Positions 1-9,879 are shown, numbered from the stretch's first letter. The stretch is 64,000 bases of DNA from an uncultured Campylobacteraceae bacterium (GCA_964556545.1 CAZKWE010000029.1:2829-66828), one strand, 5' to 3'. Numbers and translations: made by a program. The notes: generated from the sequence alone by a model not told the origin.

Positions 1-2306
1 TCTCACGATATACTCAAAAGATAACTTTGCCTCTTATGCCGGATACTACTCAAATTAATGCTTTGGAGACAGCATTAAAGCTGATAGGAGGTAAGCCGAT
101 TATAAATTCGGTCAATCTTGAAGACGGTATGGAGAAATTTGATAAAGTTTGTTCTCTTGCCAAAAGATTTGGCTGTTCGCTTGTTTGTCTAACCATAGAT
201 GAAAAAGGAATGGCAAAAACAAAAAAACAAAAACTTGAAATTGCTCAGAGAATTTATGAATTAGCTACAAAAAAACATGGTATTGACCCGGCTGATTTGG
301 TATTTGATCTTTTAACTTTTACTGTTGGAAGCGGAGACGAAGAGTACTATACTGCGGCAATAGATACCATTGAAGCTATAAGAGATTTTGCAAAGATTCA
401 TCCTGAAGTCGGTTTTGTGCTCGGAGTATCAAATATCTCTTTCGGATTGGCTCGTCATGCAAGAGAATATTTAAATTCAGTCTTTTTGCATCATTGTGTA
501 AAGGCGGGATTGTCTATGGCAATTGTTAATGTCAAAAGTATTATTCCGTTACATAAAATGAGTGAAGAGGAGATAAAAGTTTGTGAAGATTTGCTTTTTA
601 ACAAAAGAGACGAAGGGGATCCTCTTTTTAGATTTATAGAATTTTTTTCAGAAATTAAAGAAACAAACAAAGAAGAAGAGGACGAAGAGTATAAAAAATT
701 AAGTGATGAAGAAAAATTAAAAAAACTGCTTATTGACGGTGATAAAGAGAGAATGATACCTCTTTTGGAAAATGTCAAAGATAAAATCGAACCACAGAAG
801 ATAGTTAATGAAATTCTTATAGACGCAATGAAAGTTGTGGGTGAGCTTTTTGGGAGCGGACAAATGCAGCTTCCTTTTGTTTTGCAGTCTGCTGAGGTAA
901 TGAAAGCAGCAGTTGATTATCTAAATCCGTATTTGCCAAAAGTTGAAAAAGAGAGTGAAACTACTTTGATTTTGGGAACTGTAAAGGGTGATGTGCATGA
1001 TGTTGGAAAAAATCTGGTTGATATTATACTTTCAAATAACGGATATAAAGTTATTAATCTGGGTATAAAAGTTGATATAGACGATTTTGTAAAAGCATAC
1101 GAAAAATTTGACGCAAATGCCATAGGTATGAGTGGATTATTGGTAAAATCCACAACGGTTATGAAAGAAAATCTTGAAATCTTAAAGCAAAAAGGCATAA
1201 AGATACCGGTATTGCTCGGAGGCGCGGCCTTGACGGATAAATTTGTAGAAGAGTTTTGCAGACCTGTTTATGATGGAGCAATATTTTATTGTAAAGATGC
1301 ATTTGAAGGCATTGAGGCAATGAGCACAATAGAAAAAGGAGATATGAATACAACATTTAAAAGAATCCAAAAAGCAGAAAATACTCCCAAGGACAAGCTT
1401 AAAAAAGAATTACCTCCGATTCCGCCATATAGCAAGATAAAAATGCCAAGTCGCAATATAAAGATACCTATTCCGCCATTTTGGGGACGAAGAGTTTTAA
1501 AAACGGATATAAAAGATATAGCTTATGAATGGATAAATCACAAAATGCTTTTTACAAGAGCATGGGGATATACCAACAAAGGAAAAACAAAAGAGGAAAA
1601 ACAAAAACAAAGAGACGAAGAGCTTTGGCCTCTTTATGAAAGAATAAAAAGAGATATAGAAAAACTTGATCTTTTTAGACCTACCTTGATATACGGATAT
1701 TATCCTGTTAGAGGATATAAAGACGATATATATTTCTTTGATGAAAAAGAGGGATATTTTAATGAAAAAGAGGTAAATAAAGAACCACTTGAAGCAATAA
1801 AGCAAAGAGCCACAAAAGTTTTACATTTGCCAAGACAGATAAAAAAACCATATAGATGTTTAAGTGATTATCTTTCACCACACAGGCATGATGTTCTGGC
1901 ACTGACTTGTGTAAGTGCAGGAGATAAATTTAGCAAATACGAACAAGAACTTTTCAAAAAAGGAAGTTATAAAGAGTATCATTTAATTCATGGTATAAGT
2001 GTAGAGTTGGCGGAAGCTTTGGCTGAAGTTATTCACAAACAGATAAGACTTGAACTTGGTATTGCTCAAAATGAAAAACATACTCTAAGAGATGTTAAAA
2101 TGTCGGCTTATCAAGGATGCAGATACTCTTTTGGGTATCCTGCCTGTCCGAATCTTGCTGATAATAGGCTGATATTTGATCTTTTGAAGCCTGAAGAATT
2201 TGGCATAACTCTCAGCCCGACATATCAAATGCATCCGGAGCAAACTACTTCGGCTATGGTATTTCACCATAAAGAGGCAATGTATTTTAATGTTAAAGGT
2301 AATTAA
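1..2306 (+). CDS. metH: Cobalamin-dependent methionine synthase MetH, 5' end cut off by the window edge
   Basis: Track ORF 27..2306, but the same frame is open back to nt 3, so the gene begins upstream of the window. B12-binding signature GDVHDVGKN ... GMSGLL ... LLGGAAL, followed by a C-terminal reactivation-type domain (FTRAWGY ... YQGCRYSFGYPACP). Confidence 0.9.
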   Translation, partial: SRYTQKITLPLMPDTTQINALETALKLIGGKPIINSVNLEDGMEKFDKVCSLAKRFGCSLVCLTIDEKGMAKTKKQKLEIAQRIYELATKKHGIDPADLVFDLLTFTVGSGDEEYYTAAIDTIEAIRDFAKIHPEVGFVLGVSNISFGLARHAREYLNSVFLHHCVKAGLSMAIVNVKSIIPLHKMSEEEIKVCEDLLFNKRDEGDPLFRFIEFFSEIKETNKEEEDEEYKKLSDEEKLKKLLIDGDKERMIPLLENVKDKIEPQKIVNEILIDAMKVVGELFGSGQMQLPFVLQSAEVMKAAVDYLNPYLPKVEKESETTLILGTVKGDVHDVGKNLVDIILSNNGYKVINLGIKVDIDDFVKAYEKFDANAIGMSGLLVKSTTVMKENLEILKQKGIKIPVLLGGAALTDKFVEEFCRPVYDGAIFYCKDAFEGIEAMSTIEKGDMNTTFKRIQKAENTPKDKLKKELPPIPPYSKIKMPSRNIKIPIPPFWGRRVLKTDIKDIAYEWINHKMLFTRAWGYTNKGKTKEEKQKQRDEELWPLYERIKRDIEKLDLFRPTLIYGYYPVRGYKDDIYFFDEKEGYFNEKEVNKEPLEAIKQRATKVLHLPRQIKKPYRCLSDYLSPHRHDVLALTCVSAGDKFSKYEQELFKKGSYKEYHLIHGISVELAEALAEVIHKQIRLELGIAQNEKHTLRDVKMSAYQGCRYSFGYPACPNLADNRLIFDLLKPEEFGITLSPTYQMHPEQTTSAMVFHHKEAMYFNVKGN

Positions 2307-2330
2307 AAACTTTATAAAAAAGGAGAACAA

Positions 2331-4367
2331 TTGAAAAGTCCAAGAGGTTTTGGAAAGAGATATTTTTCTTTGGCTGCGATTTTGGCATTTAGTGCCGGAG
2401 CCGTTATGGCTGCGAATACCCAAAGTGTAGTTGATGCTCAAAATAAATCTTTTCATAAAAAAATAGGTAATGATAATGACGAAGAGGATAATCCTATCGT
2501 TATATCCAAAAAGATAGAGGTTAAAGAAATTGATGCAACATTTGCATCTGAAGTTTATACACAAAAAGATATAAAAAATTCTCACTCCAAAGATTTGTAT
2601 GATTTTATAAATTCCCAAACATCACTAAACATTTCACCATCATTCGGAAACAGCTATACCCCCAAAATCGATATGAGAGGTTACGGTTTGGCAAATGGAT
2701 ATGAAAATATCGTTATTGCAGTAAACGGCAGAAGACTTAACAATATTGATATGTCCCCACAGCTTATATCCTCCATACCTATTGAAAGCATCAAGAAGAT
2801 TGAAATTCTAAAGGGTAATGGTTCGCTTGAGTATGGTGATGGAGCAAATGCGGGAGTAATTAATATTGTCACGAAAGATTTTAAGGGAGTATCTTTTAAA
2901 AATTATGCAGGTTCGCATGGTCTTGTCCATACAAACGGTAATTTTGGAGTAAAGATTGCCAAAAATGTTTTGCTTGAAGGTTTTTTAAATTTTACAAAAA
3001 GTAACGGTGATAGGATTATTTCAACCGACAACATAAAAAATAAAGATAAAAATATTAACAAAGGGTTCAAAGTAACCTATATGCCCACTGAAAAATTAAA
3101 GTTTTATTTGGGTAAAACTTTTTCAAATATAGATATAAATTATGCCAATGCCTTGACTTTGTCACAATTTGAAGCAGACCCGAAAACCATACCGGCACCG
3201 TCATGGGGAACAAAATATACAAATCAGACATACGATACATCTATTTTAAGCGGCGGTGTAAGTTATGTTATAAATTCCGCTTATTCTATTGTTGCCAAAG
3301 CAAACAAGGAAAAAAAAGTTTCTAAATATATTGGAGTTGGAAGCGGATATGAAAACAAATATGATTATACATATGATAGTTATAATGCAAGAGTAAATTA
3401 TCAAAATAATTTTGTTAAAACCGTATTTGGTGTGCAAAAATTTGACGGCAAAAGAGAAGGGTCAAACAATACAACCAAAAATAACCTTGGTTTTTATACA
3501 AGATCAGTTTTTTCATATAGCGATTATCATATATCACTTGGAATTAGAAATGAGAAAATAAAATATGAATTTAAAAATAACTCTTTGGATTTGACTCATG
3601 ATAATACCTTGCAAGCTTATGAGATAGGCATAAATAAAAAATTATCAAAAAATTCTTCCATATTTGCTAACTATAACCGTTCTTTTCAAACACCTGATAT
3701 AGATAGACTTTTTACATATAGTTTTAGTACGGGAAATTATGAATTTAACGGATTTATAAAACCCATGAAAGTAAATAATTATAATATAGGATACAGATAT
3801 ATCGGTTACCCAAATAAATTAAAGATATCATTTTTCTATGCTGATGTAAAAGATGAAATATACTATAATGCCGTTCCATGGCCCAAAACTTCAAGAAATA
3901 CCAATCTTGATAAAACCAGAAAGTATGGTTTTGAGATAGAAGATAAATATAATATTCATTATAATTTGTATGCAAAATTAAACTATGGTTTTGTCAGTAC
4001 CAAAATAAAGCAAAACAGTTCAAATCCTGCTATTGTCGGCAATGAGATTCCGGGTGTTCCAAAACACAATATAAAATTTTCTTTCGGATACAGACCAAAT
4101 TATAAAACCACTCTTATTTTAACCCATGTTTATCGCTCGGGTACTTATGCAATGAGTGATTTTGATAAGAATTTCGGAAAAATGAAAAGTTACAATTCAA
4201 CAAATATGGTTTTAAACTATAAGATAAAAAAGTTTAATTTTTTTGCAAAAATCAATAATATTTTTGATAAAAGAAATGCTCTTTTTGCAGATAACGGATC
4301 TACTATGGGTGTATATCCCACAAACTATGAAAGAACTTTTTTATTTGGAATGAGTGTCAAATTTTGA
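2331..4367 (+). CDS. TonB-dependent outer-membrane receptor
   Basis: TTG start preceded by AAGGAG. Signal peptide (LAAILAFSAGAVMA). Plug-domain motifs IDMRGYG, AVNGRRLNN, IEILKGNGSLEYGDGANAGVINIVTK. Long beta-barrel-like body ending in a terminal aromatic (FGMSVKF). Confidence 0.85.
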   Translation: MKSPRGFGKRYFSLAAILAFSAGAVMAANTQSVVDAQNKSFHKKIGNDNDEEDNPIVISKKIEVKEIDATFASEVYTQKDIKNSHSKDLYDFINSQTSLNISPSFGNSYTPKIDMRGYGLANGYENIVIAVNGRRLNNIDMSPQLISSIPIESIKKIEILKGNGSLEYGDGANAGVINIVTKDFKGVSFKNYAGSHGLVHTNGNFGVKIAKNVLLEGFLNFTKSNGDRIISTDNIKNKDKNINKGFKVTYMPTEKLKFYLGKTFSNIDINYANALTLSQFEADPKTIPAPSWGTKYTNQTYDTSILSGGVSYVINSAYSIVAKANKEKKVSKYIGVGSGYENKYDYTYDSYNARVNYQNNFVKTVFGVQKFDGKREGSNNTTKNNLGFYTRSVFSYSDYHISLGIRNEKIKYEFKNNSLDLTHDNTLQAYEIGINKKLSKNSSIFANYNRSFQTPDIDRLFTYSFSTGNYEFNGFIKPMKVNNYNIGYRYIGYPNKLKISFFYADVKDEIYYNAVPWPKTSRNTNLDKTRKYGFEIEDKYNIHYNLYAKLNYGFVSTKIKQNSSNPAIVGNEIPGVPKHNIKFSFGYRPNYKTTLILTHVYRSGTYAMSDFDKNFGKMKSYNSTNMVLNYKIKKFNFFAKINNIFDKRNALFADNGSTMGVYPTNYERTFLFGMSVKF

Positions 4368-4933
4368 TAAACTACAGATATTATCTTTGGTATAAATTTT
4401 TCAATTCTCTGTTTTTGGGGTTGAGCGTGGGGAGTATATTTGTATTGTATACTCCCCTTCAGCCATCTGTTTATTCTTTGGGCGGCATTGCTTTGGCACT
4501 GGGTATGCTTTTGATTGCAAAATTTTATGAAAAAATTATGAATATAAAAGATTTTTTTTATATAACACTTTTTGTAGAATTGACTGTGTTAGCATTTGTT
4601 AGCTCGTTCTTGATGCTTAATTATTCGTACAAAACGGCACTTATAGTTTATATCGGATATCAGATAACATTTGTTTTCGGCAGTTATCTTGTTAGAATGG
4701 AAACAATTGCTCTTAAGAAAACCATACTTTTATCATTTGCCGATATCGCAAAACAAAAAGGATATCTTTCAGGATTGGTGGCATCATATCTGTTTTATAA
4801 AACTCTTGAATATTTTGGTATAATAAATAAACAAATACAGGTGTATGATCTTTATATTGTAGCCTTTTTGCTTCAAATATTGATATTGTTCGTAGTTATA
4901 AAATCTTTTATACTCAAAAAGGATAAAAAATGA
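4364..4933 (+). CDS. Hypothetical polytopic membrane protein (about 5-6 hydrophobic segments)
   Basis: Track ORF. TTG start overlaps the receptor stop (TTGA). Hydrophobic helices throughout. I do not recognise the family. Confidence 0.55.
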   Translation: MINYRYYLWYKFFNSLFLGLSVGSIFVLYTPLQPSVYSLGGIALALGMLLIAKFYEKIMNIKDFFYITLFVELTVLAFVSSFLMLNYSYKTALIVYIGYQITFVFGSYLVRMETIALKKTILLSFADIAKQKGYLSGLVASYLFYKTLEYFGIINKQIQVYDLYIVAFLLQILILFVVIKSFILKKDKK

Positions 4934-5646
4934 AAATAGATAAAGTTTTTATTGTAAATTCTTTTTCACTGCTGTTGGTGGCAAGCTCATTTTTTGTATC
5001 TCCTTGCTATGAAGATTATCTGTATTATGCAGGGCTTTTTGCATTTTCAGGTGCTTTGACCAATCAGCTTGCAATTCATATGCTTTTTGAAAAAGTTCCT
5101 TTTCTTTACGGCTCCGGTGTTATAACTTTGAAATTTGAAACATTTAAAAACTCTATTAAAAATTTAATAATGAATGAATTTTTTACAAAAGAACAGTTGG
5201 ATATGTTTTTTGCAAAAGAAGAGAGTAAACTTGATTTGACGCCGATTATTGAAAATAGTGATTTCACTCCTGCTTATGAAGCATTGAAACAGAGTATAAT
5301 GGAATCAAGTTTTGGTAGTATGTTTGCTATGTTTGCAGGAGAAAAAGCATTGGAGCCGTTAAAAGATGTATTTATAACAAAATTAAAAAATTCTATACTT
5401 TTGATAACAGGTTCGAATACTTTTAATGAAATGTTACAAAAAAGTCTGGCAAATTCTTCCGTAAGCAGTGATTTGATAACCAAGATTGAAAAGATTGTAG
5501 ATAGCAGACTTGAAGAGTTAACACCCGTTATGGTAAAAGATATTATTAAAAATATGATTAAAGAGTATTTAAGTTGGCTGGTACTTTGGGGTGGAGTATT
5601 TGGCGGTATTATAGGTCTTGTTTCCGTAGCTTTAAGCAGGCTTTGA
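4930..5646 (+). CDS. DUF445-like membrane-associated protein
   Basis: ATGA overlap with the preceding ORF. N-terminal GALTNQLAIHMLFEKVPF motif typical of DUF445/YheB-like proteins. C-terminal hydrophobic helix (WLVLWGGVFGGIIGLVSVAL). Confidence 0.6.
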   Translation: MKIDKVFIVNSFSLLLVASSFFVSPCYEDYLYYAGLFAFSGALTNQLAIHMLFEKVPFLYGSGVITLKFETFKNSIKNLIMNEFFTKEQLDMFFAKEESKLDLTPIIENSDFTPAYEALKQSIMESSFGSMFAMFAGEKALEPLKDVFITKLKNSILLITGSNTFNEMLQKSLANSSVSSDLITKIEKIVDSRLEELTPVMVKDIIKNMIKEYLSWLVLWGGVFGGIIGLVSVALSRL

Positions 5647-5648
5647 TA

Positions 5649-7994
5649 ATGATTGGGATTAGGATACTGGGCTCCGGAGGAAGTGTTGGCAAAAATGAAT
5701 ATACCACATGTATTCAAGTAACAAAGCATACTCTTATAGATGCCGGCAATATTATGCATGCTTTGGGAGAAGACGCAAAGGATATAAACTCCGTATTTCT
5801 TTCTCATTCACATTTGGACCATGTTATAGACATTGCTTATTTGATAGACAATACCCTCTCTTTTAGAAAAGAACCTTTAAAAATATATGCCCTTAAAGAA
5901 ACTATTGATACAATCAAAGAAAATATATTTAATTGGAATATATGGCCTGATTTTAGCAAGATAAATTTACCGCATACCGATATAGCATCTATCAGTTTTA
6001 TTCCTATAGAATTTGGTAAAAGCTATAAGGTTGAAAATGATATTTTGCTTACCCCGTTTCCTTCAAATCATACGGTACCCTGTAGCGGCTATATAATTGA
6101 GTCGAACAAAGGCTCTATCTTTTTTAGTGCCGATACTTATACAAATCCAAAACTTTGGGAAATGTTAAATAAAAATAAAAATATAAAATCTTTACTGATA
6201 GATGTATCTTTTCCAAGCAGAATGAAAAAAATAGCTAAAGAGAGTAAGCATTTGACACCTTCACTATTGAAAAAGGAGTTAAAACAGTTAAAAAGAGATA
6301 ATTTTAATATATATATAAATCATTTAAAGCCAATATTTAAAGATGAAATTGTGCATGAATTAACTTTAATGAACTTCGAGGAAAACATAATCAATTATGA
6401 TGATATTGTCACTTATGCCGATGGTAAAAAATATAAATCAAATGAAAATGCAATACTTAAAATTGGTAAATTAAAAAAAATAGGCATTGCACTTTCGGCA
6501 GAAAATAATTTGGATATTCTTTTGGAGATGATACTCAAAGAAGCTAAAAGTATCACGGGTGCAGACGGAGGAACACTCTACTTGCTGGATAAAAACAAAT
6601 TAAAGTTTACCGTGGTGCAGAATGATTCTCTAAATATTAAAGCAGGAGGCAAATCATCTACTATAAAATGGCCTTCTTTACCGTTGTATGTAAAAGGAAA
6701 ACCAAATAAAAAATTAGTGGCGGTAACTTGTGCGCTTGATGGAAAAGTTATAAATATACCCGATGTTTACAAAGTAAAAGATTTTGATTTTGAGGGAACA
6801 AAAGAATTTGATAGAAAAACAAAATACAAATCAAGATCAATGCTGGTGCTTCCTCTTAAAGATCATGAAAATAATATTATAGGAGTATTGCAACTGATAA
6901 ATAAAATTAACAGTTTTGAAGAAAAAATAGAATCTTTTAACAAAGAAGATGAAGAGATAGCTTTATCTTTATCTTCTCAGGCTGCTATTGCCATCGCCAA
7001 CAGTATGCTCATAAGAGATCTTGAAAAACTTGTTGAAGCATTTTTAAAAAGTATTATTTATGCCATAAGTAAAAAATCTAAACACACAGCAGGACATATA
7101 AAGCGTATGGTTGAGATAAGTATGATGATATCAAAAGGTATAAACAAAGATAGAACTATTTTTAAAAATGTATCTTTTGGTGAAAATGAACTCAAACAGA
7201 TAAAATTATCCGCACTTGTTCATGATATAGGAAAACTTTCAATTCCGGAATATATTTTAGACAAATCCAAAAAGCTTGAAGGCATATATGACGGTATAGA
7301 AAAGATCAAATACAAAATTGAGATAATAAAAAAAGAATTACAAATTTCGGCCTTAAAAGGCGATATAGATATGGAAGAAGCAAAAAAAGAACAAGAAAAG
7401 CTTGAGAAATACTTTGAGCTTATCTCTTTATGCAACAGTGCATACGGATATTTAGATGAGGATACGGTTAATTTGCTCTGGAAGCTTGCAGATCGGAAAT
7501 ATAATTTAAACGGATCAACTTATACGGTATTAACAAAAGAAGAAGCCGGTTATTTGAGTATAAGAAAAGGTACGCTGAGTAAAAAAGAAAGAGAGATTAT
7601 CAATTCTCATGCAAAAATAACTTTGGATATTCTTAAAAAATTAAAATTTCCCAAAAAATATAAAGATATTCCACAGATTGCCGGAAATCATCATGAAAAG
7701 CTTAATGCAAAAGGATACCCCAGAGGTTTAAAGGCTGATGAAATATCGTTTAAATCCAGAATCCTTGCAATCGCAGATATATTTGAGGCTTTAACTGCCA
7801 GCGACAGACCATACAAAAAAGCAAATCCTCTATCTTTGGCGATGCAGATATTGTATGATATGGCAAAGGATGGAGAACTTGATAGAAAAATTGTAAAATT
7901 TTTTTACAAATCAGGTCTATACATGGAATATGCAAAAAAAATACTTCCTAAAAGCAGTATTGATAAAGTTGATATAAATTTTGATGATTTGTAG
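5649..7994 (+). CDS. Multidomain signalling enzyme: class-II cyclic-nucleotide phosphodiesterase (MBL fold) - GAF - HD-GYP
   Basis: Track ORF 5574..7994. I prefer the in-frame ATG at 5649 (MIGIRILGSGGS), 2 nt after the previous stop. Motifs: SHSHLDHVIDIAYLID (PDEase_II); GAF-like ITGADGGTLYLLD ... IGVLQLINK; HD-GYP LVHDIGKLSIP, HHEKLNAKGYPRGL, IADIFEALTASDRPYKKA. Confidence 0.8.
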   Translation: MIGIRILGSGGSVGKNEYTTCIQVTKHTLIDAGNIMHALGEDAKDINSVFLSHSHLDHVIDIAYLIDNTLSFRKEPLKIYALKETIDTIKENIFNWNIWPDFSKINLPHTDIASISFIPIEFGKSYKVENDILLTPFPSNHTVPCSGYIIESNKGSIFFSADTYTNPKLWEMLNKNKNIKSLLIDVSFPSRMKKIAKESKHLTPSLLKKELKQLKRDNFNIYINHLKPIFKDEIVHELTLMNFEENIINYDDIVTYADGKKYKSNENAILKIGKLKKIGIALSAENNLDILLEMILKEAKSITGADGGTLYLLDKNKLKFTVVQNDSLNIKAGGKSSTIKWPSLPLYVKGKPNKKLVAVTCALDGKVINIPDVYKVKDFDFEGTKEFDRKTKYKSRSMLVLPLKDHENNIIGVLQLINKINSFEEKIESFNKEDEEIALSLSSQAAIAIANSMLIRDLEKLVEAFLKSIIYAISKKSKHTAGHIKRMVEISMMISKGINKDRTIFKNVSFGENELKQIKLSALVHDIGKLSIPEYILDKSKKLEGIYDGIEKIKYKIEIIKKELQISALKGDIDMEEAKKEQEKLEKYFELISLCNSAYGYLDEDTVNLLWKLADRKYNLNGSTYTVLTKEEAGYLSIRKGTLSKKEREIINSHAKITLDILKKLKFPKKYKDIPQIAGNHHEKLNAKGYPRGLKADEISFKSRILAIADIFEALTASDRPYKKANPLSLAMQILYDMAKDGELDRKIVKFFYKSGLYMEYAKKILPKSSIDKVDINFDDL

Positions 7995-8085
7995 CCAAAA
8001 GGAAATTTTTATATGATTTCGCAAGCATCTTTATTTTCCGTATTGAGAATTTCTCCGGTAAGCAAAATAAAAACACAAAAAGGCT

Positions 8086-8838
8086 TTAATTGAAATACGG
8101 AGATACGATTGATACGATAGAAGTCAATACAAGTAGACTCATTACAATCCTTTTTAATTTTTTATGATCTAATAAATTGCCAAGTTTGACTCCAAAAAGA
8201 GTTCCAAGAATAACTACAGGAGTAAAAGACAATCCTATTACGAAATAATAGACCAACTCTTTTCCAAAATTGTAATATAAAAGAACCAGTAAAAACGGAG
8301 ATGCCAAAAAAAATAGTGCACTTAAGAATGCCCGTATCTCCAAAGCATTCCATCTGTGGGCCATTACCCAAAGTATTACCGGTGGTCCTCCCATGGAAAT
8401 CATGCCAAGAAATATACCGCTTGATAGAAATGATAAAATACTCCAAAACCACCCTATTTCTTCTTTTGGTTTAACTTTAAACAGTAACTGAACGGCAACT
8501 ATCAAAAGTATAACAATACCCACTATCTGTTTTATATTATTTTTATCAAAATCGTTTATCAGAGTTAACAGATAAATTCCAAGCGGTAAGCCCAGATATC
8601 TGAAAAAAGTTCCTTTGGCTACATCTTTCCATTTGATATATTTTCTTAGTTTGTATGTGGAAGTAAGGGATTGCATAAAAATTGGAATAGAAGTTACAGT
8701 AATAGCCTGAGGCAGAGATAATCCGCTCCAAATAAGCATAGGTATGGCAAAAATATTGAATGCAAAACCAACTGCTCCTTGAATTGTACTGCAAACAAAA
8801 AGTATTACCCCTATAAGAACGATAATGGTTATACTCAT
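8086..8838 (-). CDS. TSUP family (TauE/SafE-type) anion exporter membrane protein
   Basis: 250-aa polytopic protein with the two-half repeat organisation and GxxGxG-type helix starts (QGAVGFAF, GMISMGGPPV) typical of TauE/SafE proteins. Confidence 0.7.
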   Translation of the reverse strand: MSITIIVLIGVILFVCSTIQGAVGFAFNIFAIPMLIWSGLSLPQAITVTSIPIFMQSLTSTYKLRKYIKWKDVAKGTFFRYLGLPLGIYLLTLINDFDKNNIKQIVGIVILLIVAVQLLFKVKPKEEIGWFWSILSFLSSGIFLGMISMGGPPVILWVMAHRWNALEIRAFLSALFFLASPFLLVLLYYNFGKELVYYFVIGLSFTPVVILGTLFGVKLGNLLDHKKLKRIVMSLLVLTSIVSIVSPYFN

Positions 8839-9296
8839 TATCTATTTTCTCTTAACAGTTTTGCTAAAAAATTATTGAAAGTGGTTGCAAAATTATGAAT
8901 ATCTTTTTTGCCAAACGGAGCAGGGCCTTTTGTTTTTTCTCCGCTATCTCTAATTTCTTGCATAAGATTTCTTATAGCAAGGTGAGATTTTATATTTTCT
9001 TTATTATACAAAGTACCTCTGTGATCTATAGCATATGCCCCTTTTGAGACAATCCTGTCAGACAGAGGTATATCCGAAGTAATAACTATGTCGTTTTTTT
9101 GAACAAGTTTTACTATGTGATGATCAGCTTCATCTATACCTTTACCGACTATTATATATGAGATTAAAGGTGATTTGCCGATGCTGATTTTTTTATTGGA
9201 GATAACATATGTTTTTAATTTCAATCTTTCTATACTTTTAAAAATAATAGGTTTTAAAAGATTTACAAGAGCATCTCCATCTATAAAAAGTACCAT
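8838..9296 (-). CDS. YaiI/YqxD family protein (UPF0178/DUF188)
   Basis: 152 aa. N-terminal FIDGDA and internal VITSDIPLS ... AIDHRG pattern of the UPF0178 family. Its stop overlaps the downstream gene start by 1 nt. Confidence 0.7.
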   Translation of the reverse strand: MVLFIDGDALVNLLKPIIFKSIERLKLKTYVISNKKISIGKSPLISYIIVGKGIDEADHHIVKLVQKNDIVITSDIPLSDRIVSKGAYAIDHRGTLYNKENIKSHLAIRNLMQEIRDSGEKTKGPAPFGKKDIHNFATTFNNFLAKLLRENR

Positions 9297-9571
9297 TAAA
9301 TGAAACTCTCCTTGGCTTAAGAGATTACTGTGCAGTGGTCTCTATAAGTGTTTATCTATATTTTATTTGTAAAAGTATAGTATAATTTTTAAAGATTTGA
9401 TATAAAAAATGAGATATTTTAGTGATTTGTGATTGTTTGTCTTTGATTTTGTCCGGGTAAAATAAACTTTTAAGATACTCTAAAAACTTCAAAAAGTATA
9501 TTTTTTGGATAATATTGTTAGAAAAAATAGTTAAAAATATCCTAAAAACATATAGATTTTTCAAAATGAGA

Positions 9572-9659
9572 TGGCCGGGAGAGGGGGATTCGAACCCCCG
9601 GAGGTGTTACCCTCACCGGTTTTCAAGACCGGCACATTCAACCGCTCTGACATCTCCCG
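9572..9659 (-). tRNA. tRNA-Ser (anticodon UGA), long variable arm, CCA encoded
   Basis: Reverse complement reads GGAGATGTCAGAGCGGTTGAATG...CTTGAAAACC...GGGGGTTCGAATCCCCCTCTCCCGGCCA: cloverleaf, TGA in the anticodon loop, GGTTCGAAT T-loop. Confidence 0.9.
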
Positions 9660-9672
9660 ACAATAACAAAAA

Positions 9673-9747
9673 TGGAGGCGACACCCGGATTCGAACCGGG
9701 GATCAGAGCTTTGCAGGCTCCTGCCTTAGCCACTTGGCTATGTCGCC
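9673..9747 (-). tRNA. tRNA-Cys (anticodon GCA)
   Basis: Reverse complement GGCGACATAGCCAAGTGGCTAAGGCAGGAGCCTGCAAAGCTCTGATCCCCGGTTCGAATCCGGGTGTCGCCTCCA. Confidence 0.9.
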
Positions 9748-9762
9748 CTGATATTCAAAAAA

Positions 9763-9850
9763 TGGTGCCCGGGGCCGGACTTGAACCGGCACGATCGCAA
9801 TGATCGAGGGATTTTAAGTCCCTTGTGTCTACCAATTCCACCACCCGGGC
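9763..9850 (-). tRNA. tRNA-Leu (anticodon UAA), long variable arm
   Basis: Reverse complement GCCCGGGTGGTGGAATTGGTAGACACAAGGGACTTAAAATCCC...GGTTCAAGTCCGGCCCCGGGCACCA. Confidence 0.9.
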
Positions 9851-9879
9851 AAAAAATCGTAAAAGCGAAGCTTTTAGAA

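Noticed and set aside
5574-5648. N-terminal extensions offered by the ORF track: PDE-GAF-HD-GYP gene from 5574, azlD to 21714, tnpA to 47353, yaaA from 43979, mnmA from 12865, ffh from 16860, rpoC to 34338.
   Set aside because: In each case the extension overlaps the upstream gene or a repeat and adds residues not found at the N-termini of the respective families. An internal start with a better SD or with ATGA/TTGA coupling restores the canonical N-terminus. The exact starts remain unverified.
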